From an uncultured Bacteroidales bacterium (GTDB taxonomy: Bacteria > Bacteroidota > Bacteroidia > Bacteroidales > CAIWKO01): a stretch of 64,000 nt of DNA. This document shows positions 37,777-47,387 of the stretch, piece after piece. The notes beneath the pieces were generated by a model, which ran no database searches, had not been told where the DNA came from, and worked only from the letters and a program-made list of their open reading frames with translations. Made by a program: the position numbers and the translations under genes. Location: positions 22,834 through 86,833 of the forward strand of contig CAZRFL010000004.1 of NCBI GenBank assembly GCA_964599365.1, in the 5' to 3' direction. Each line of letters opens with the position of its first letter. The first letter of the stretch is position 1.

Positions 37777-39865
37777 CTGCGTGCCTTTTCTTGAATTCGT
37801 CTATCCCTGCTTGTAAAAATTTCACAAAATTATCAGGATTCAGGTCGTAGGCTTTCGACTTGGTCAGTTTTGCCTTATCCACATCTTTTTTATCCTTCAG
37901 GGGAACATAGGGGTCAATCAATGCATAATAAGGCTGGGCATTTACATTGAAGAAGTAGATCTGAAAATCGGCAAACTTCTTTCCTATGGTCTTCTTCACC
38001 TCTCCGTCGTATTTGGAAGTAACCCATTCCGGCTTGGATAATTCCTTTTTATCGTCCACATAAAGGGTAATGATGACATATTCCTCCCTGAGAATCTTCA
38101 ATACTCTCGGGTCGGACCATACGTTGGCTTCCATTTCGCGGCAATTTACGCATCCGTGCCCAGTGAAGTCGATAAAAACAGGTTTGTTTTGCTCTCGCGC
38201 ACAACTATCGCCCTGATCGAAATCGAAATACCCGGTCAACCCATGGGGCAAGTGCAGGAATTCGCTGAACTTCGGTTTCCCGCACAACTCATTTTTATCA
38301 TCTACCGCCTTATTTCCCGCATTGTCGCGCACGATCTTATTGACATCAAAATCCAGCGACTGCTGAGGAGGCATATAGCCCGATAAGAACTTCAGCGGAG
38401 CTCCGAACATACCCGGAATCATGTAGACCACAAAGGAAAAAGTGATGATGGCCAGGGTCAGCCGTCCCACTCCAATATGTTTCACCTCGCTGTCGTGGAC
38501 GAACTTTAATTTTCCTAACAAATAGAAACCCATCAATGTAAAAATAATGATCCACAAAGCCAGATAGACTTCGCGGTCGAGCAGGCCCCAATGATAGGTT
38601 TGGTCGGCTATGCTTAAGAACTTTAACCCTAAGGCAAGTTCTATAAAACCTAAGACCACCTTCACCGCATTCAGCCATCCGCCCGATTTGGGCAAACGGT
38701 TGAGCCAGGAGGGGAAAAAAGCAAATATCGTAAATGGCAAAGCAAAAGCAATAGAGAATCCCAGCATGCCAATGATGGGCTCCAACACCTGTCCGCCGGC
38801 CGATTTTACCAATATGGCTCCCACCAAAGGACCAGTGCAGGAAAATGACACCAGCACTAGGGTAAAGGCCATAAAGAAAGAACCCAGTATGCCACCTTTG
38901 TCGGCTTGCTTGTCTGATTTATTCACCATCCATCCAGGCATGGTAATCTCGAATGCCCCAAAGAAAGAGGCAGCGAATATCATAAATATCAGGAAGAACA
39001 AAACATTGGGAATCCAATGAGTACTCAGGAAGTTGGCGAAATTCACACCCAGCGTTACGGCTACCAATGTACCAATAACGGTATAGATCAGAATGATGGA
39101 CAATCCGAATATCAAAGCTTTGAATATCCCCTTGGCGCGGGATTCCCCTTCATGCATAAAGAAGGATACTGTCATGGGTATCATGGGAAAAACACAGGGG
39201 GTGATTATTGCCGCCAGACCTGCTAGGAAAGCGAAAAAGAAAAGACCCCACAAACTCATTTTACTGATATCATCATCTTTGTTTGTAAGGGTTCCGTTGC
39301 CGGTGGTGTCGGAAGGATTCTTTGCCAGAGAATCATTTTTTTTTATGGCTGCCGAATCAACCGCAATAGTATCTGTATTGGTAGCGGCCTCAACAGTTCC
39401 GGTAGCTCCTTCTACATTGATCTTAAAGGTAACATCGTTGGGGGGCAGGCAACTGACATCGTTGCAGCACATAAAATTGATGGTTCCTTTTGCTACAAAG
39501 GGCTTATTGGTGAGTAGTTTTATCTTTTGTTTGAAAACAGCCTTGGTGGCAAAGAACTTCAGCACCATATCGAAATTAGGATCGTTCTCTACAATGGGCT
39601 TGGGTTCGGTGATCTTTCCTACTCGCTGAAAGTCGGCACTCTTGGTAATTTCGAAGGTAGTGGCCACGGGTCCCTTGGGCGGTATATCCTGAGAATATAG
39701 GTGCCATCCCTTATCTATCTTAGCCGTAAAAATGAGTTCGGCTTCAGTATCACCGATTTTCTTCGACGAAAAGGACCATTTTACCGGGTCCAGTATCTGG
39801 GCGTTCACCAGTGTGGCTAAAGAAATGAACAGAGCGAAGAGGCTGATCTTTTTAATAAAATTCAT
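37769..39865 (-). CDS. dsbD: Thiol:disulfide interchange protein DsbD
   Basis: GWHLYS N-domain, TPCVFPMIP, FSCTGP, LPKSGGW, thioredoxin CVNC. Confidence 0.9.
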   Translation of the reverse strand: MNFIKKISLFALFISLATLVNAQILDPVKWSFSSKKIGDTEAELIFTAKIDKGWHLYSQDIPPKGPVATTFEITKSADFQRVGKITEPKPIVENDPNFDMVLKFFATKAVFKQKIKLLTNKPFVAKGTINFMCCNDVSCLPPNDVTFKINVEGATGTVEAATNTDTIAVDSAAIKKNDSLAKNPSDTTGNGTLTNKDDDISKMSLWGLFFFAFLAGLAAIITPCVFPMIPMTVSFFMHEGESRAKGIFKALIFGLSIILIYTVIGTLVAVTLGVNFANFLSTHWIPNVLFFLIFMIFAASFFGAFEITMPGWMVNKSDKQADKGGILGSFFMAFTLVLVSFSCTGPLVGAILVKSAGGQVLEPIIGMLGFSIAFALPFTIFAFFPSWLNRLPKSGGWLNAVKVVLGFIELALGLKFLSIADQTYHWGLLDREVYLALWIIIFTLMGFYLLGKLKFVHDSEVKHIGVGRLTLAIITFSFVVYMIPGMFGAPLKFLSGYMPPQQSLDFDVNKIVRDNAGNKAVDDKNELCGKPKFSEFLHLPHGLTGYFDFDQGDSCAREQNKPVFIDFTGHGCVNCREMEANVWSDPRVLKILREEYVIITLYVDDKKELSKPEWVTSKYDGEVKKTIGKKFADFQIYFFNVNAQPYYALIDPYVPLKDKKDVDKAKLTKSKAYDLNPDNFVKFLQAGIDEFKKRHAAK

Positions 39866-39943
39866 GGTGTGTGTTTTATAATAATCTTACATGAAAATTC
39901 AATAGAGGAATTAATAAAAAAACCCTTTGGCAAAAATACGATA

Positions 39944-41272
39944 TTAGAACTTCTCTATCACAAAAATATTGCCTGTCTTGGGCCTGACCTTGTATCTTTC
40001 GTCAATTCTGTGGCCCACCACCCAAACAACCTCTTTGCAGGAGCATAAGATCCAGGTGTCAGATTTTTCTTTCAGCGACATTTTGTTGTCTATAAAGAAG
40101 TCGCTCAGTTTCTTTTTGGTCTTCATGCCCAAGGGATAAAAGAAGTCGCCTTCCTGCCATTTTCTCAGCACCAGCGGGAATGTCAGGCGGTCCATATCCA
40201 CCATGGCAACATCATCGCCCCGGTTCAGGTCGATATCAGGTTCATTCTTGATCTCTTTCATTTTCAGATGCAGTGGTACAGATAATTCTGAAGCACCGAA
40301 AGTCAATAAATACTCGGTAGTTTGGTCCATAACAATTTGATTAGGGTATACAATTAGGTGTTCTCTGTCGCGAATGAGGGTATGTGTTGGTGAAAAGAAC
40401 TGTTTACCCGAAATGCCGTCAAGACTTTTAAAAATGTCATTACAAACGGAGCGGTTGAACCCATATTCGGATATCATCTCAAAAAGGTAATGAGGTCCGG
40501 GGTTCAACGGTTTCAGGCGTTGGATCTCTATCTTGACCTCTCCGTTCTTGCCGGATTGTTTCAGGCTGAGTTTCTTAAGATGTTCCTTATAGATCAGCTC
40601 AGTGCTTTTCAGGTTTTGTATGCTTTGCGAAACGGTATCGCGGAAGGCCGGGTTGATCTTCTGAAGAAGAGGAAACAACTTCAGGCGAATTTTGTTTCGC
40701 AAATATTTGTCGCTTTGATTTGATGAATCGTTGCGAAAAGGCAGATCGTTTTGGGCGGCAAAACTCTCAATATCGTCACGGCTTGCAAACAGAAAAGGCC
40801 GTATGATGTTGTTTTGCTTCAGGGGAATGCCCGAAAGACCGCTAATGCCGGTTCCCCTCATCAGGTTGATGAAAAAGGTCTCCAATTGGTCGTCGGCATG
40901 ATGGGCGGTGGCGATATAATCCAGTTTATTCTCTGCGCGTATTTTCTCGAACCAGGCATATCGCAGTTCGCGGGCTGCCAGTTGTCTGGACTGTTTATGC
41001 ACTTTGGCATAAGCCTCGGTATTGAAATGTATCGTAAAAAACTCCGTCTTAAAAATGTCTTTTGTCAAACTCATTACAAAAGCCTCATCCCCGTCTGATT
41101 CTTTCCCCCTGAGTCCGAAATTGCAATGCGCCACAGCAAAGTTGTATCCGGCACTATGAAACAAATGTGCCATAACCACCGAGTCGGCCCCTCCGCTCAC
41201 GGTCAGCAAAATCTTATCCGTCTTTTTGCAAAGCTGATTAGATGTGATAAACTCCTGGAATCTGTCGAGCAT
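39944..41272 (-). CDS. tilS: tRNA(Ile)-lysidine synthetase
   Basis: SGGADS PP-loop, ARELRY, TAHHADD..ET, IIRP, RNKIR. Confidence 0.95.
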   Translation of the reverse strand: MLDRFQEFITSNQLCKKTDKILLTVSGGADSVVMAHLFHSAGYNFAVAHCNFGLRGKESDGDEAFVMSLTKDIFKTEFFTIHFNTEAYAKVHKQSRQLAARELRYAWFEKIRAENKLDYIATAHHADDQLETFFINLMRGTGISGLSGIPLKQNNIIRPFLFASRDDIESFAAQNDLPFRNDSSNQSDKYLRNKIRLKLFPLLQKINPAFRDTVSQSIQNLKSTELIYKEHLKKLSLKQSGKNGEVKIEIQRLKPLNPGPHYLFEMISEYGFNRSVCNDIFKSLDGISGKQFFSPTHTLIRDREHLIVYPNQIVMDQTTEYLLTFGASELSVPLHLKMKEIKNEPDIDLNRGDDVAMVDMDRLTFPLVLRKWQEGDFFYPLGMKTKKKLSDFFIDNKMSLKEKSDTWILCSCKEVVWVVGHRIDERYKVRPKTGNIFVIEKF

Positions 41273-41335
41273 AATGGGTATATAAATCCGTTTGTTAATT
41301 AGGGGTGCAAACAGTTATCTGTTCAATAGCAGAGA

Positions 41336-42430
41336 TTACAGTTTGGTGATCTCTATCCTGCGGTTCATGGCCTTATCCTCGCTGCTGAGGTTTGTGTTCA
41401 GCGGCGAAGCTTCACCCATGCCTTCAGTGCTGATGTTTTTGGCTTCTACCTCAAACACCTCGACCAGGACTTTCTTCACGGCTTCAGCCCGACTCTGAGA
41501 CAGAACCATGTTCATAGATTCATCGCCGTCGCTGTCGGTATATCCGGTGATACGGAATTTTGTATTGTGGGTGCCATTGATAATATTAGCAATCTCTTTC
41601 AGTACAGCATAGGATTCGGGCCTGATCTTATCTGAGCCGGACTCAAATTTGATACCGTTGGTCGAGAACTTTCCCATTTTAGCGAGCTTATCGAGGAAAT
41701 TTGTCATACCTATTGAAACGTTCAGATTACTGACCCATAAAGCGGATTGAACGTTGGCCTCGCTCGAATAAAAAGTAATACGGTCCATTGGAGGAATCCC
41801 GTCTGGCAGGAGGTCTGGCATATCAATGACTTTTTGCTGATTAATATAGAACAATACTCGTGTCTTCTGAATTGTTATTGTCATGTGCACCTTTTTGTTC
41901 TTATGGTCTATAAGCTCCGTCGTTTTTCCTTCGTTGTTAACCGGAGTATAATCACCGCCCTTCCAACTGTAAAAGCTAACGTTTTCTCCGTTGAATTTAA
42001 TGCCGAATCCACCGCTTCCGGGTACGTAATCGCCTAGCATCTGGTCGGGCAGAACAGAATGAAAATATATCTGTATCTCCGGAAGGTTTTTGGTGGAGTC
42101 TTCACCCACATTGGCTATAAGGTCGAACTCTACTGTGGTGTTCTCAGCAAAGGTGATCTTTCCATCCGTGGCATTGGTGGTGCCGGCATACATGCGGTAC
42201 CAGTTGGTGCCGGGATATTTTTTTAGCTGCAATACTTCGCCCGGGCTATTGCTGAGCCAGTTTTGAGGAAATTTTTCCAAAGTATCCTGAAGGAAATCTT
42301 CGTAATAAATGATCTTTTCGCCGGGCATGAAATCATAGTCTTCGTAGCCAGCAAATGTTTTTTTATCCTGTGCAAAACAATATGCCAAGGAGAAGAACAT
42401 CAAAAGGAACAAGGCATGTACTTTTTTCAT
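41336..42430 (-). CDS. OmpA C-terminal domain protein
   Basis: Signal peptide MKKVHALF; C-terminal GYTDSDG, LSQSRAEAVK, NRRIE. Confidence 0.85.
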   Translation of the reverse strand: MKKVHALFLLMFFSLAYCFAQDKKTFAGYEDYDFMPGEKIIYYEDFLQDTLEKFPQNWLSNSPGEVLQLKKYPGTNWYRMYAGTTNATDGKITFAENTTVEFDLIANVGEDSTKNLPEIQIYFHSVLPDQMLGDYVPGSGGFGIKFNGENVSFYSWKGGDYTPVNNEGKTTELIDHKNKKVHMTITIQKTRVLFYINQQKVIDMPDLLPDGIPPMDRITFYSSEANVQSALWVSNLNVSIGMTNFLDKLAKMGKFSTNGIKFESGSDKIRPESYAVLKEIANIINGTHNTKFRITGYTDSDGDESMNMVLSQSRAEAVKKVLVEVFEVEAKNISTEGMGEASPLNTNLSSEDKAMNRRIEITKL

Positions 42431-42530
42431 ATTGCAATAATTTTGATGCAAAGTTACAAATTAGGGCTAACAAGACCAAATTTAACGAGATAAACTGAAT
42501 GAGTAGTTATGTTTATCTGCACGAGAAAGC

Positions 42531-42557
42531 AAAAAAAAACACATCCCGTAAGATGTG
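42531..42557 (-). terminator. Intrinsic terminator after tRNA-Phe
   Basis: cacatc/gatgtg stem followed by a T9 tract on the - strand. Confidence 0.6.
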
Positions 42558-42564
42558 CTTTCCG

Positions 42565-42637
<73 letters not shown>

Positions 42638-42817
42638 TCCTATAAAAAGGACTGCAAAAATAGTGTTTTTTTTAATGCTGGCAAATATTTCACAAAAAAT
42701 GCTTTCATGGGGCTTAAAAATGGGGTTGGGAAATATGGGAATTTGACAGTTTTACTTTTTTATAGTTGTAATGAATTATTATAGTTGATTTGCGTTTTTA
42801 ATTTTAAACTCTTTTTT

Positions 42818-42967
42818 ATGGGAAAATATATATGGGTACTTGGGTTTCTGGAATTCATTGGTTTGTTGGGAATTCAAGGTGTAAAAGATATGGACTGGGT
42901 GCAAATGTTGTGGTTTTTGTGGTTCTTATGGTTCCTATACTTCATCCCCAACAAACTTAAGAAATAA
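42818..42967 (+). CDS. Small two-TM protein (DUF3796-like)
   Basis: 49 aa; LGFLEFIGLLG...LWFLWFLWFLYF and a basic tail. Confidence 0.55.
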   Translation: MGKYIWVLGFLEFIGLLGIQGVKDMDWVQMLWFLWFLWFLYFIPNKLKK

Positions 42968-43181
42968 ATATTGTCCGGAAAAACTGTATTTTAATTTTTG
43001 ATCTTCCTCTGGTTGATCAAATAATTTACTTCCGCAACCCATTTATTGACGGAAATGGAATCATTGCCGGAAAATAGGGAGCTTTGTGAGAAGACTGTCC
43101 AAAAAAACAGAAAAGAAACAAGAAAGCAAGATGCTTTTCATCCCATTTGATTAAAAAGTATAGTGTGAAAGAGTTCTGTGG

Positions 43182-43481
43182 TTATTTTAGAAAATGCAAG
43201 GTTATCAGAATAATAATTAATAAAATACCCATTAATGCTCCCACAAAAAGAAAGTCAGCAATATTTTCGAGTCTTTTTTCTTTCTTCTGATTTTTCGTGC
43301 GTATAGATATAAACGAAAAAAGGCACGAAAATGCCAAATTTATCGCAATCAACGAAGTGAACACGTCTAAAAGCTGAATGGCAGCCTTATTGGGAACATG
43401 TATGGAGGTTATTATAAAAAGACAAAAACCCAGCAGTGTGGCCGAAGTGTTAAGGATGTGAGGAGAAGTGTTATTGGGCAT
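43182..43481 (-). CDS. Hypothetical three-TM membrane protein
   Basis: SPHILNTSATLLGFC...LENIADFLF; upstream TATCTTTG promoter box. Confidence 0.65.
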   Translation of the reverse strand: MPNNTSPHILNTSATLLGFCLFIITSIHVPNKAAIQLLDVFTSLIAINLAFSCLFSFISIRTKNQKKEKRLENIADFLFVGALMGILLIIILITLHFLK

Positions 43482-43569
43482 AGTACAAAGATAAAGATTT
43501 AACTTTATAAATTTCCCCGCAAACAATGCCAAAGGGAAGTAATGCTTTGCTAACTGTCAATTAAAAAGC

Positions 43570-43722
43570 TTATTTCTTAATCATCGCTTGTGAATAGTGA
43601 TAAATGGCTCCGTTTCCGCTTTCGCATACGCCGCCCTGAGGTAACCACCCGGTTTCAATCAATTCGTTAACCATTTTTATCAATTCGTCAAAACGCGATG
43701 AGGTAACTACTGTGTATTTCAT
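43570..43722 (-). CDS. DUF1737-like small protein (absent from ORF track)
   Basis: Hand translation MKYTVVTSSRFDELIKMVNELIETGWLPQGGVCESGNGAIYHYSQAMIKK; VNE..GW.PQGG...Y.QAM pattern. Confidence 0.7.
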   Translation of the reverse strand: MKYTVVTSSRFDELIKMVNELIETGWLPQGGVCESGNGAIYHYSQAMIKK

Positions 43723-43890
43723 ATAAATTGTTTTTTAGTGTTCATAAAGGTACGATAATTCGGGATAAACACGGAATTACAGAATTGTTATCAGACCAGA
43801 ATGTGTTTTAATGATATGGGGTATACATTTCCACATGCCGTTGCCCTAATATTGCACTATCTAAAAACCGGAGAGGATGAACACAGAATA

Positions 43891-43923
43891 AAAAAAAGAC
43901 CTGCACAGGCTTACAGGTCTTTT
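43891..43923 (-). terminator. Intrinsic terminator, possibly bidirectional
   Basis: aaaagacctg...caggtctttt. Confidence 0.65.
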
Positions 43924-43965
43924 CTGTATTAAAAGAATTATCTTCAACTCTGTGCACACACACGT

Positions 43966-44316
43966 TCAATGAAGCATACGCAGATTTGAAATGTAAAGGT
44001 AAGAAAAAAACTTTTGTTCGAAGACATTCTGAAACCTATTTTTTTTCGGAACGTAGCGATTGAACGACCTTATGGGTTTCGAAAAGCGGATAGGCCGCCC
44101 ATAACGAGCTGCGATTCTTTTCACTGGGACAGGAGACTGTTCAGACGTTTCGAGGGTGAGTAGAGAGGGCGATGTATTGAGTTGTGCACATATTTCGGTG
44201 TACTTATCTGATATGTCTTTGAAAGTAGCCAAAGCATCGACGAACAAGGCATGCATAAGCAGATTGGTGTCGTGGCTTTTGGATAGGGGGCTGTTTGTGA
44301 TCTGACTATTACTCAT
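43966..44316 (-). CDS. Hypothetical protein
   Basis: 116-aa ORF from ATG 44316 followed by a terminator; no recognised motif. Confidence 0.4.
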   Translation of the reverse strand: MSNSQITNSPLSKSHDTNLLMHALFVDALATFKDISDKYTEICAQLNTSPSLLTLETSEQSPVPVKRIAARYGRPIRFSKPIRSFNRYVPKKNRFQNVFEQKFFSYLYISNLRMLH

Positions 44317-44509
44317 AACAATAAAGTTTAAGAGATTAATCTTATTTTTCTGTCGTAAAAAAAGAGTAAAGTTCAGTTCATGCGGAAAGATTGGGTTAAT
44401 ATTATTTGATAACGTTAGACTGTTTTCTTTTATTGTGCAATTGTAATGCCATATTTTAGTCAGGTGGAAATGTCTATTAAGCCACATCTGTTTCCCCTCG
44501 TCCTAGCAT

Positions 44510-44562
44510 AAAAAACCATGATGCTTTATTTTTTGTCCCTCCTGAGACAATAGCATCATGGC
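44510..44562 (-). terminator. Hairpin with T-tract (terminator or attenuator)
   Basis: ccatgatgct/agcatcatgg stem with inner ttgtc/gacaa, then T6 on the - strand. Confidence 0.55.
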
Positions 44563-45124
44563 TTTGAAGGTGAATTGTAAAAGTCTTGACCGGGTCAGCT
44601 GCCTAATCTGATCTGCTTATTTTTATTTTCAGCAGTAACCTATAAAAAAATCATCCAAAATCTTTCTTCTGTTTTGCCCCTTCCGGAGCCGGGTTTGCTT
44701 GGCGGGTTCATGATTCTACGGTTTTATTGGTCTTTTACGGCCAGGTTATACTTATAATCGGTGTGATCCTTTTTACTGGAATATGCAGACGGGATGTGGA
44801 CCCCGCGACTGTATGCCGCAATGGTTTGTTTCTTTCTACATGGCTTTACGTTTTTTGCTAACGCAAAGTTAGGGCAAAGGCAGGGCAAAATGATTGCATA
44901 AAAACGGAAAAGAATTGCATAATTCTGACATTTTCACAATGCATGTATTGTCAAGGATGATGGGTAAAAAGGGGAAATACATCTCACAATATAAATGAGA
45001 TTTAGACAAGCAAATCAACCTTTCAATGACATCGGTTATGCTAGCAAACCATAAGGGAGATAGTCAGAGCCGCAGCCGGCAGACTAATTAATATGCCCCA
45101 ATCCTGCTGGAAAAACCAATAATA

Positions 45125-45904
45125 TTAAAAGGATACTCCCACTTGGAAACTTAGGGTATGAGTCCATTTAGGCGATCGGTTGTTGTAATAATATTGGGGG
45201 TAGTAATCATAATAATATTCGTAGGCCATTGAACGCTGAGTTTCGTAACTTAAGCCAAAATTGAGGGCGGTACGGTTTTTCAACTTCACTGAAACACCCA
45301 GTGTTGGCGAAATCAAAAAACCGCCGTTATCATTGTTGGAAAGACAGAAAGCATAGCCTGTTTGCAACGACAGATAAGGTGAAGTTCGCTTGTTCAGAAA
45401 ATTGGTTCTGAGGTCGAGAAACAATGGCATAAAAACATCGTTGCCAGGAAAAGATCTAAGTCCGAAACCTCCCCCCAAAGCAAACCAGGGGTTGACCCTG
45501 TACCCGCTGATAAAACTAAGGTTGGTTCTTAATGGGCCGCTCATATAACCTCCCGAGGCGCCTATACCGAATTCAACCATGCCATAATACCCGCGGCCCA
45601 CTCCGCAAGAGTCTTTCTTCACGGGTAAACTGCTGCTATTGTTCAAATCCTGTTGGATGACAGTTTCAGGTTTTTTGGCTGTTTCTTTTATGCATTTTTC
45701 GATCTCACCGACCTGGAAAACAAAAATATTACCTCCGACAATTTCTATTTTAACGTATTTTTCGGGTATCATTTCGATGATGCTGCCACGCATAATACCC
45801 CCATTTTTCAGATATACCACATCCTGTGTAGTGTTTTGTGCACTTACGCTTAAGCCAAGGCAAAACATTATGGCAGTAAGCAGGAGATTGATTTTTGCTT
45901 TCAT
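45125..45904 (-). CDS. Outer membrane beta-barrel protein with N-terminal 'DVVYLKNG' domain
   Basis: Signal peptide, DVVYLKNGGIMRGSIIE, amphipathic strands, C-terminal VGVSF. Confidence 0.75.
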   Translation of the reverse strand: MKAKINLLLTAIMFCLGLSVSAQNTTQDVVYLKNGGIMRGSIIEMIPEKYVKIEIVGGNIFVFQVGEIEKCIKETAKKPETVIQQDLNNSSSLPVKKDSCGVGRGYYGMVEFGIGASGGYMSGPLRTNLSFISGYRVNPWFALGGGFGLRSFPGNDVFMPLFLDLRTNFLNKRTSPYLSLQTGYAFCLSNNDNGGFLISPTLGVSVKLKNRTALNFGLSYETQRSMAYEYYYDYYPQYYYNNRSPKWTHTLSFQVGVSF

Positions 45905-46268
45905 ATTGTAAAATTTAAACAGATGAAACATGCTATATTTAAAGAACAAATAAATCAATTGATGCTAACAAAAGTATAATAAAAGCGAATCGGGAACAAG
46001 TTATATGTATCTTTTTTTCGAGAAATGTGCCCCCCCTATCATGTCCGTTTGAAATAATACCAATAATGAGGGTACCTATGACTTTATTGTTCCAGATTCA
46101 GACATAAATTAGTTTCACCTAGATGAAGAAGGTGAAAAGCGAAAGTATTTACTCCAATTAGACTATTCAAAAACCAAAGAACATAAAAATGCTGGAAGAG
46201 GCGAAAAAGGATGGATAAAATTGCCTGTACAAAAAAACTTAATCACTCCAACAATAAAATAATCAGAC

Positions 46269-47228
46269 TTATTCCTTACAATAGGTTTTAACCAATTCTT
46301 CCCCGTTTTCAGCTCCTAACTGTTTAGCCTTTTTGGCATCGTCACAGGCTCCGGTCATATAGCCAAACTGACCGCGCAAGAATGACCTTTCACTATAATA
46401 AAATGATTCGTTCGAAGCCAGAGTTACCGCCTTATCGATATCAGACAATATCAGTTTTTTATCATCATCACTCACGCTGTCTTTCTTAATCAGGTAATAC
46501 ATCAGGCCCCTTAGATACCACGCCTCGGCATCGTACATGTTATTTTCCACAGCCTTTTTGGCATAACTATAACCTTCCTCCAATTGGCCAGTAGCATAAA
46601 CCGATATGCAGACATTTTTGCAATACTGTTCATTCTTTGGGTCGATATCGTATGCCCTTTTAAAATAAATGAGCGATGAATCTTTTTTGCCTTTTTGATC
46701 CAGCACCATGCCGATCATATTGATGGCCTTATCGTTGTTAGGGTTGATGACTGCCGCTTGCCTGTAATACTCAAGTGCTTTATCCATATCTTTTTCCACC
46801 ACATCCTGTCCCTTTTTGTATGCCGCCTCATCTGCCGATACCACCATCTTCCAAACAAACTTCACCTCCTTGCCGACAACAAAATGTTCCTTTTTTATCC
46901 CGTTTTCAGTAACCACACTCAATTCTTTTACCAGGCTGAAAGTGATTATATCTGTGGCTATCGAGGTTACTTTCATGTCGCCAATTGCCATCCAACCCGA
47001 TACCTTTCCTCCGAAAAGTTCCGTTTCGAATTGTTTCGACATTTCTCCCATCTGCGCTATTGCAGGCATTATATCGGTTGTCACTATTTTCATCTTCACC
47101 ATAGTGCCAGATTTGTAAGTTATCTTACCCTGAATCTCATATTCGACGGTATCTGCAGTAACAGTAGCCTTAGTTTCACCATGAAAAAGCAATAATAAAA
47201 GAAGGATTGCGAGTAATAGTTTTTTCAT
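46269..47228 (-). CDS. Secreted tetratricopeptide repeat protein
   Basis: Signal peptide MKKLLLAIL; TPR motifs (AWYLRG, ACDDAKKAKQLG). Confidence 0.8.
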   Translation of the reverse strand: MKKLLLAILLLLLLFHGETKATVTADTVEYEIQGKITYKSGTMVKMKIVTTDIMPAIAQMGEMSKQFETELFGGKVSGWMAIGDMKVTSIATDIITFSLVKELSVVTENGIKKEHFVVGKEVKFVWKMVVSADEAAYKKGQDVVEKDMDKALEYYRQAAVINPNNDKAINMIGMVLDQKGKKDSSLIYFKRAYDIDPKNEQYCKNVCISVYATGQLEEGYSYAKKAVENNMYDAEAWYLRGLMYYLIKKDSVSDDDKKLILSDIDKAVTLASNESFYYSERSFLRGQFGYMTGACDDAKKAKQLGAENGEELVKTYCKE

Positions 47229-47387
47229 AATACTGAGAAATTTTGTTTCGATAAAAGTAATAATATTTTCATAGAACTCGGGAGTGCTAGCCTGATCCAA
47301 TGGGTAAGGATCGACATTTAAGCAGAAAGTTGTTTCTTTTTTGTATTTTTGTTCAATTAATTCGACCTCAACACATAAACCCTTCTG

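Noticed and set aside
44750-44830. Cobalamin riboswitch suggested by ccccgcgactgta
   Set aside because: No correctly spaced GGGAA/GGTG-AA-TCC elements or B12 box, and no downstream + strand gene
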